From Eledone cirrhosa (taxonomy: Eukaryota), in contig CAXHJY010000929.1 of assembly GCA_964016885.1 (NCBI GenBank), forward strand, positions 61,120 to 125,119: 64,000 bases of DNA, in the 5' to 3' direction. Of this stretch, positions 57,148 through 64,000 are shown piece by piece. The position numbers and the translations under genes were made by a program. Each line of letters starts with the position of its first letter. Position 1 is the first letter of the stretch. The notes beneath the pieces are model-generated. The model was not told the origin of the DNA. It made no database searches and saw only the letters and a program-made list of their open reading frames with translations.

Positions 57148-57495
57148 ATCATCATCATCATCATCATCTCATTTTACGTCCACTTTTCCATGCTTGCAAG
57201 GGTGGGACGGGAACTGATTCTGGCATGATTTCTACAGCTGGATGCCCTTCCTAACACCAACCTCATTTACAGTGAGTGCTGGGTGCTTTTTTGCCGTGGC
57301 ACCTCCACGACCACTTTGCAGTGGAATGATATGGACCCCAGTCCCTATCATCTCATTTCTACAGCTGAGTAAACTGGAGCAATGTGAAATAAAGTGTCTT
57401 GCTCAAGGAAACAACACATCACCCGGACTGAGAATTGAACTCACAACCTTTCGATTGCAAGGCCAATGCTCTAACCACTAAGCCATGTGCCTCCA
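57148..57495 (-). mobile_element. Full-length tRNA-derived SINE family A
   Basis: Minus strand: GGAGGCACATGGCTTAGTGGTTAG (A box), GTTCAATTC (B box), CORE-like segment, RTE-type tail and (GAT)n. Confidence 0.88.
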
Positions 57496-57511
57496 AATAT
57501 ATATATATTTA

Positions 57512-57563
<52 letters not shown>

Positions 57564-57608
57564 AATATATATAAATATATATATATATTTATATATATAT
57601 ATATATAA

Positions 57609-57639
<31 letters not shown>

Positions 57640-57696
57640 AATATAAATATATATATATATAAATATAAATATATATATAAATATATATATATATAA

Positions 57697-57729
<33 letters not shown>

Positions 57730-57792
57730 AATATATATATATATAAATATATATATAAATATATATATATATATAAATATATATATAAATAT

Positions 57793-57823
<31 letters not shown>

Positions 57824-57862
57824 AATATATATAAATATATATATATATATAAATATAAATAT

Positions 57863-57895
<33 letters not shown>

Positions 57896-57929
57896 AATAT
57901 ATATATATAAATATATATATATAAATATA

Positions 57930-57979
<50 letters not shown>

Positions 57980-58096
57980 AATATATATATAAATATAAAT
58001 ATATATATATAAATATATATATAAATATATATATATATATAAATATAAATATATATATATAAATATAAATATATATATATATAAATATATATAAAT

Positions 58097-58127
<31 letters not shown>

Positions 58128-58128
58128 A

Positions 58129-58177
<49 letters not shown>

Positions 58178-58270
58178 AATATATATATTTATATAAATAT
58201 AAATATATAAATATATATATTTATATAAATATAAATATATAAATATATATATATATTTAAATTTATAAAT

Positions 58271-58373
<103 letters not shown>

Positions 58374-58597
58374 AATATATATATATATAAATAGTATTAG
58401 TTATACTATTTATGGTTATGTAAACACAAAACCTTAAGCAGTTGTAAGTATTTTACACACACCCTAAATAGTGGTAGGCAGTAATGTATTACTACCTTAT
58501 TACCAGTAAGTTAAGTAGCTCAATGTAAAAACATCAGATGATTTACAGAGCAGTTATATGAAATATATGAATCAAAGAACTGTTCAAAACATTATTG

Positions 58598-58644
58598 TGC
58601 TTACAGCTGTTTCCTCCAAACCGAGGTTTGGATTCTTCGGAGCA
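58598..58644 (-). ncRNA. Hammerhead-like motif in the 3' pseudo-LTR (variant core CCGAAGA)
   Basis: tgct-CCGAAGA-a-tccaaac/gtttgga-g-GAAA-cagct-GTA-agca; palindromic stem III ACAGCTGT. Confidence 0.65.
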
Positions 58645-60089
58645 ATTTATTAATGCATGGACAGTTATATGACCTCCTTTTCAGCCGAGAGACATACCAA
58701 TACATATTCAAACATTGATACATATTCAAACATTGTGGGTCAACATTCATTACAGAATTTAGAGTGGCAGTACACACTTCGAGATTACATTTATATTAAT
58801 AGGTACAATCAAAAAAATCAAAGATATAGGTTAAAGTACAACATGAAGATAAGTGGTTATATAGTGCAAATGTTATATGTGTGGCACGCATGTGCGTCTT
58901 GTTTATATAGTGTGGCAGAGAGATATGTGTGGTAGAGGCACTTAGGTAGGTAAATAAGAGTGTTAGGTTGGTAGATCTGGTGGCAAAGTCTTTATATGAT
59001 TGATATAGTCTGTGTGTGGAGAAATATTATAAGCATTAAAGATAGTGCAAGCATTAAAAGTGTTATAAGTATTGGAGATGCACAGCGCAGGGATGTCAAG
59101 TAATTCATGTACTTCGGTATTTTCATGGTCAAGGGAGTGTATATTTCGATTATATGCCTTTCACATAATCCACGACAATCCAGTTAGAGATCGTAGTCTG
59201 GTGCTCTTTAGTTCGATACAGGTGGTTGTTACGTTTCGAGAGACGCCATTGAATACCGGAAGTGTGTGTGTGGCTAAGGGGAGTTAATGCATGCGGGGAG
59301 GTAACTCTGGGGTTTCTATATCTAGCCATTAAAATGTGTCTCAATATAGACCCTAAATTCTATGGTGAGGTGCACCTTCCAAGAGAGACTTTTAAAGCAT
59401 AAAGTGTACTAACTATAGAGTAGTTTAACTAAATTATGCTGAAGGTGATCATATTATTATTAGGGTGGATTAACCCATCTTAAGGTGCTACAAATGGAAA
59501 TTATAGATGATGAGCGAGGATTCTAAATTAATGATCTCTATGGTTGTAGTCTGCTCATATGACCAGGCGCGGTGATTGCAGGATTGCTTCAGGACCCAAT
59601 GATCTCTGGTAAGATCCGGGTCATCGCTTGCTACATTGGATGTCGAAAGATAATCATCCCCAAGCAGGCCAAAGGTCAAGTCGCAGTCCTCGCGACCCCT
59701 CTCTGACCGTCAGATCATCCATATACGTACAACCCGCACGGCAGTTGCATTGCATTCACTCACTGCGCTCAGCGGCCTGGTCCTACTGGTCAACAGCGCT
59801 ACTCGATTAAATCATTTTACATCTGCCTAAGGAAGGTGTTTCCTCTGCCCAACACCATCCAACCGATCAATTGATGCTCAAATTACCCTTAGAGCGGCGT
59901 AGTGCCGTCCAGGTGGGTGGATGTTGTCACACCTGCCGTAGAGGTATAAATGGGTATTTTCCCTGCGAAGGGTTCCAGAGGGATGTCGTTGTTTGTGTTA
60001 TAATGGATCAGCTAGTGTTGGGTATGTAGTATAGGGTGTGTCTCTGGTGTTTGATGCTAGATGTGGTGTTAGGTTCCAGTCCGACATTG

Positions 60090-61649
60090 CTATATATGGG
60101 GCTTAAAGTTTTGGAAGGAATGTCTGAGGCGGTGCTGGCAAGTTGCAAACACCTCAGATTTTTTGTTAAGTAGGTTACGGTTGGAGAAGATAATATTGTG
60201 TGTCTCTAGTATACAGAGGTTACAGAATTTATTAGGTGGTTTGTACGAGGTCGCGCTGCCTATCACTTCCCATTTGAGTGTGTATGGTTTATTTTTAGAT
60301 TTTAGATAGTGAATGTAGCTAGAAAGTGAGGTGGAGTTGGCTAGGCTGTGCTTTTTGAACGAGTGGATGTGCGAGTTATATCTAATTTTGAAGCAGTTAG
60401 AAGTGGAGCCTACATAGGTTTCTGAAGAGTTATTAGTCGTGACTGTGCATGAGTATATGACATCCTTGGTTAGGCATTTTTTATCTAAAGGGCAGGTTCT
60501 ATTAGCTCTACAGTTACAATTATTCTGTGCGTTAGTCCGCTGGTTATAATGCAATGCGGAAGTCTGTGTGGTGGGTATAGGATTTTGGGTGTTCAGGTTG
60601 ACAACCCTGGTGTTATTACTTATACTAGTGTTATTTCCATTGTTACTGCCGTTGCTATTGTTGCTTGCTACAGTGGTATTTAGAGGGTTTGCATCCCGTT
60701 GCGATTTTGTTTGTTGGAAGTAAGAACTAATTTTACTATTATTGCTGCTAGCTATGTGGTATGCTAAGTTAGGCGTCGTGGAGTATGAGATTTTAATGGT
60801 GTTTTTGTTTAAGAGGTTGTGGTACTTGTGTCCTAGAGGGAAGTTTTTATCTAGTAGTGAGAAGAAAGCCCTAGGTATGTTGGTGGAGACATTTAGGTTG
60901 AAAGGAGGGTTGAAAAATGTATTATTTCTTCTTCTATTTTTGCTTTTAGTGTTTGGTGTGTTGCTTCCTCCTAAGGCCTCACAGTAGTTTCCATGGTAAT
61001 GGTTACTTCCGGTGGCACCCTCCGCTTTGGTGTACTTGTGGTTGCTATTCCTATTATTAGATTTCCTCATGGACATGTTGTGCGAGATGATGTTGTAGCT
61101 ATGTGTTTTCTTAGGTAGGAACTCAATTTCTATATTATGGCCGGAGCTAGCTAATGCTTGATTGTAATATTGTGAGTTTTTGCTAAATATGTTTGCGTCA
61201 TAGGACAGACTAGAGATTCTATTGGACACCCCCTTAGAGATAGAGTTTAATATTGATCTAGGGTGATTAGACTTGGTATCTACGTAAATAAGTTTCTCAT
61301 TAGGCTTATGGAAGGGTGTATATATTTTTGAGTCTAGGTATAGTGTGGCGTCTAGGAAGTTAACATTTTTAGTGTTTTTGTCCATGGTGATACTAAGGTT
61401 AAAGTTTTTGAATGTCTTATGCAGTTGTTTTCTAGTTCTTTCTATATTAAATTTCTTATATTCTATGAGTAGAAGTGCATCATCGCGGTACAAACCACCG
61501 TTGAGGTAGGGGAGGTCTTTATGGATTTCATTGAGGAGGTATAGGCCGACCAAATCAGTGACCTGCGCCGAGTCACTAGATCCCATGGTTATGTCGAAGT
61601 TGTTGTGCGTATCCTTGCGTGTCCATAGTTGGTCCTCGAAGGTGATTAT
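60090..61649 (-). CDS. Naiad-type RT (C-terminal part) plus GIY-YIG endonuclease, 5' truncated
   Basis: WTRK..FDITMGSSDSAQVTDLVG, GLYRDDAL, NFLDATL, SNHP, CNC-x5-CPL..KCL..DVIY, TYVGST, CNLC, LLNKKSE...CQH; no stops. The frame is open upstream of the Met to the inversion junction. Confidence 0.9.
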   Translation of the reverse strand: MITFEDQLWTRKDTHNNFDITMGSSDSAQVTDLVGLYLLNEIHKDLPYLNGGLYRDDALLLIEYKKFNIERTRKQLHKTFKNFNLSITMDKNTKNVNFLDATLYLDSKIYTPFHKPNEKLIYVDTKSNHPRSILNSISKGVSNRISSLSYDANIFSKNSQYYNQALASSGHNIEIEFLPKKTHSYNIISHNMSMRKSNNRNSNHKYTKAEGATGSNHYHGNYCEALGGSNTPNTKSKNRRRNNTFFNPPFNLNVSTNIPRAFFSLLDKNFPLGHKYHNLLNKNTIKISYSTTPNLAYHIASSNNSKISSYFQQTKSQRDANPLNTTVASNNSNGSNNGNNTSISNNTRVVNLNTQNPIPTTQTSALHYNQRTNAQNNCNCRANRTCPLDKKCLTKDVIYSCTVTTNNSSETYVGSTSNCFKIRYNSHIHSFKKHSLANSTSLSSYIHYLKSKNKPYTLKWEVIGSATSYKPPNKFCNLCILETHNIIFSNRNLLNKKSEVFATCQHRLRHSFQNFKPHI

Positions 61650-61797
61650 AAATGTAATCTCGAAGTGTGTACTGCCACTCTAAATTCTGTAATGAATGTT
61701 GACCCACAATGTTTGAATATGTATCAATGTTTGAATATGTATTGGTATGTCTCTCGGCTGAAAAGGAGGTCATATAACTGTCCATGCATTAATAAAT

Positions 61798-61844
61798 TGC
61801 TCCGAAGAATCCAAACCTCGGTTTGGAGGAAACAGCTGTAAGCA
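61798..61844 (+). ncRNA. Same hammerhead-like motif in the inverted pseudo-LTR
   Basis: Exact reverse complement of 58598-58644. Confidence 0.65.
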
Positions 61845-62797
61845 CAATAATGTTTTGAACAGTTCTTTGATTCATATATTTCATATATATATAAATATAT
61901 ATGTATATAAATATAAAGATATATAAATATATATATATGTAAATATAAATATATATATATATATATATCAATACACAGTTCAAGAGTAACCAATCTTAAA
62001 GAGAGAGATGGAGATAGGAGAGGAGATATGAGAGGAGAGATTGGTGAATTAGTTAGAAGCCCAAGCGTAAAGGCATGTGCTCAATGTGCAATATGCAGTA
62101 GAAAGCAGCTAGGTGGCTGGGTTCATGTAGAAGTTAGGTGCGCAGAGCTGGAAATATTCATTAGTTAAGCAAACCATCGCTAGCTAGGCTCATTAAAAAC
62201 CTTAAATTAAGCAATGTTCAACACTCACTAAAATGGGATATCGTAGCTAGGGCCCGACCGTGCAATGAACGAAGAAAATCTTGTGATCTCTGTATTACAG
62301 AAGCATATTACATAACTCTATCACGACCTCTACCGATTAACGATAGAACGGAGGTAACTATTAGCTGTCAACATCGAAGGGCTAATTCCTTCGCCAATAG
62401 AATATTTGACCCAACTTAGTCATCTAGCCCCAGTTTTACTTGTAGCTAATAAGTAAAATAGCTATGACTAACTTAGATAATTATAAGTTACCTCCCCTAC
62501 ATTGTCTCTCAATTAAAAAATTTAAAAATTAGCACTATACTATAAACTACGCACAATTTCTAATCTCAGAAGGAGTTACTTCCCCTGAAACCACCCTCTA
62601 ATTAGTAAGGTAAATATGTCCTTTGGCAGCCATCTTGTTACCCATAGGCAGATCTCACACAATGCAGCCTCGACAGATGAACACTGCTTGATTATGGCTG
62701 ACAACTGATGCAACCAAGACACCATAGTGAAAAACCAATATATGGAACATTATATTATGTAACATTCTCTCATTATTTTAATTTATATTCCTTTGAA

Positions 62798-62916
62798 GTT
62801 TCGATGAGCTGCTCTGTTTTTTAAATTGTTAATTATTTTCAACTGAACCAGATCAATTGTGATATATAGTCATCTGATCCAGAAATATTATATGGAGTAG
62901 CGAAACAATTGTAAAC
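62798..62916 (+). ncRNA. Hammerhead-like motif with variant core TCGATGA and an ~80-nt insertion in loop II
   Basis: gtt-TCGATGA-gctgctc...gagtagc-GAAA-caatt-GTA-aac; palindromic stem III ACAATTGT. Confidence 0.55.
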
Positions 62917-62944
62917 GGAGATTATTATTATTAATATTATTAAA

Positions 62945-63130
62945 GGGCGGTGGATTGGCAGTATCGGTAGAGGGTCAGACGCCATGCTTTGCAATATAGT
63001 TACGTCCCTTTACGGACTGAGTTCAAATCCCGCCGAGGTTAACTTTGCCTTTCATCCTTACGGGGTCGATAAAATAAAGTACCAGTAATGCACTGTGTAT
63101 TTGCTGGCCTTGTGCCTAAAGTAGAAACAA
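62945..63130 (+). mobile_element. SINE family B inserted into the Naiad 3' region
   Basis: Matches 17280-17468; flanked by a TTATTATTAATATTATTA direct repeat (TSD). Confidence 0.88.
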
Positions 63131-63480
63131 TTATTATTAATATTATTATTCTCTACATTCCTTACATCAAACTAAAATATGTTGACAATCTTTTAATAAT
63201 GTCTTCCTTGTGAAATTTGTGGTCTTGTTTTGCTTAACTAATGAATATATATAAATATATAAATATATATAGTTATACTTGGGGAGGGTCATATTTGTGT
63301 AATATTGCCATAATTAATAACAGAACACACTCAATGTTTGGTTGGTTTTCGCTTCTCGCTGACTTTTATATCTGCGATCTAACTTACTCGGTCCTCAATG
63401 TTGCCATTGACTGACCGACGGTCAAAAATAATACAGATACAATATAGACACAAACACATATATATAGTTTACATAATTTA

Positions 63481-63520
63481 CATAGATCTTTCGTTGCACA
63501 TCTGCAACATCGTCAGTGGT
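63481..63520 (-). ncRNA. Minimal hammerhead ribozyme motif within a further Penelope-like terminal fragment (63271-63562)
   Basis: Minus strand: ca-CTGACGA-t-gttgca-gatg-tgcaac-GAAA-gatc-TA-tg; palindromic AGATCT; stem I is very short. Confidence 0.6.
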
Positions 63521-63671
63521 GTTATATTTTTTCCTCCTGTTGTGTTGTATGTCTACGCCATTTATATATTTATATATATATATAAATATATATAAATATA
63601 TATATATAAATATATATATATATAAATATAAATATATATATATATAAATATAAATATATATATAAATATAA

Positions 63672-63708
<37 letters not shown>

Positions 63709-63725
63709 AATATATATATAAATAT

Positions 63726-63774
<49 letters not shown>

Positions 63775-63781
63775 AATATAA

Positions 63782-63812
<31 letters not shown>

Positions 63813-63902
63813 AATATATATATATACATATATATAAATATATATATATAAATATAAATATATATATATAAATATATATATAAATGTAATATATATATAT
63901 AA

Positions 63903-63933
<31 letters not shown>

Positions 63934-64000
63934 AATATAAATATATATTGTGTTGTATGTCTACGCCATTATAAATATAAATATATAAATGGCGTAGACA

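Larger units (their letters stand above)
58391..61887 (-). mobile_element. Penelope-like retroelement (Naiad clade), 5'-truncated with inverted pseudo-LTR
   Basis: RT plus GIY-YIG ORF; 241-bp inverted repeat 58555-58795 / 61647-61887 carrying a hammerhead-like motif; flanked by (TA)n. Confidence 0.9.
61970..63248 (+). mobile_element. Second Naiad-family 3' fragment with an inverted 5' segment
   Basis: 62171-62419 encodes SLARLIKNLK...LKWDIVARA...CDLCITE...INDRTEV..SCQHR* (GIY-YIG C-terminus); 62154-62173 is inverted relative to ~63229-63248. Confidence 0.8.

Noticed and set aside
57400-57495. tRNA gene
   Set aside because: The A/B boxes are a SINE head continuing into a SINE body and tail, with no proper acceptor stem.
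58657-58935. Duplicated ORF MDSYMTSFSAERH... (also 61576-61785)
   Set aside because: Explained by the inverted pseudo-LTR; no protein motif recognised.
59500-59860. 7SK RNA or SECIS assignment for the structured region
   Set aside because: Paired GATC motifs are present, but the characteristic 7SK termini are not. I saw no convincing sense-strand SECIS, and the ORF has no in-frame UGA.

Overview
AT-rich eukaryotic (metazoan) genomic DNA. The SINE, MITE and (TA)n content resembles an octopus/cephalopod genome, which is an inference. Positions 1-44691 carry the 3' part of a TCERG1/CA150 gene on the + strand. I traced 19 GT-AG coding exons by hand; they splice in phase into about 958 aa with 3 WW domains, FF domains and the typical C-terminus [15 protein letters not shown]. 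The introns hold a near-intact piggyBac, piggyBac-type MITEs, an internally deleted Helitron with a nested MITE, RTE LINE fragments, tRNA-derived SINEs, 32-bp minisatellites and several long foldback hairpins. From about 50.8 kb to the end is a large (TA)n field containing Penelope-like (Naiad-type) retroelements. These include a 5'-truncated and inverted copy with RT and GIY-YIG coding sequence, a second family fragment, tiny palindromic insertions, and four distinct hammerhead ribozyme motifs, two with non-canonical cores. An unexplained multibranch structured-RNA candidate lies antisense in the Naiad 3' region. Most ORFs in the supplied track are spurious.
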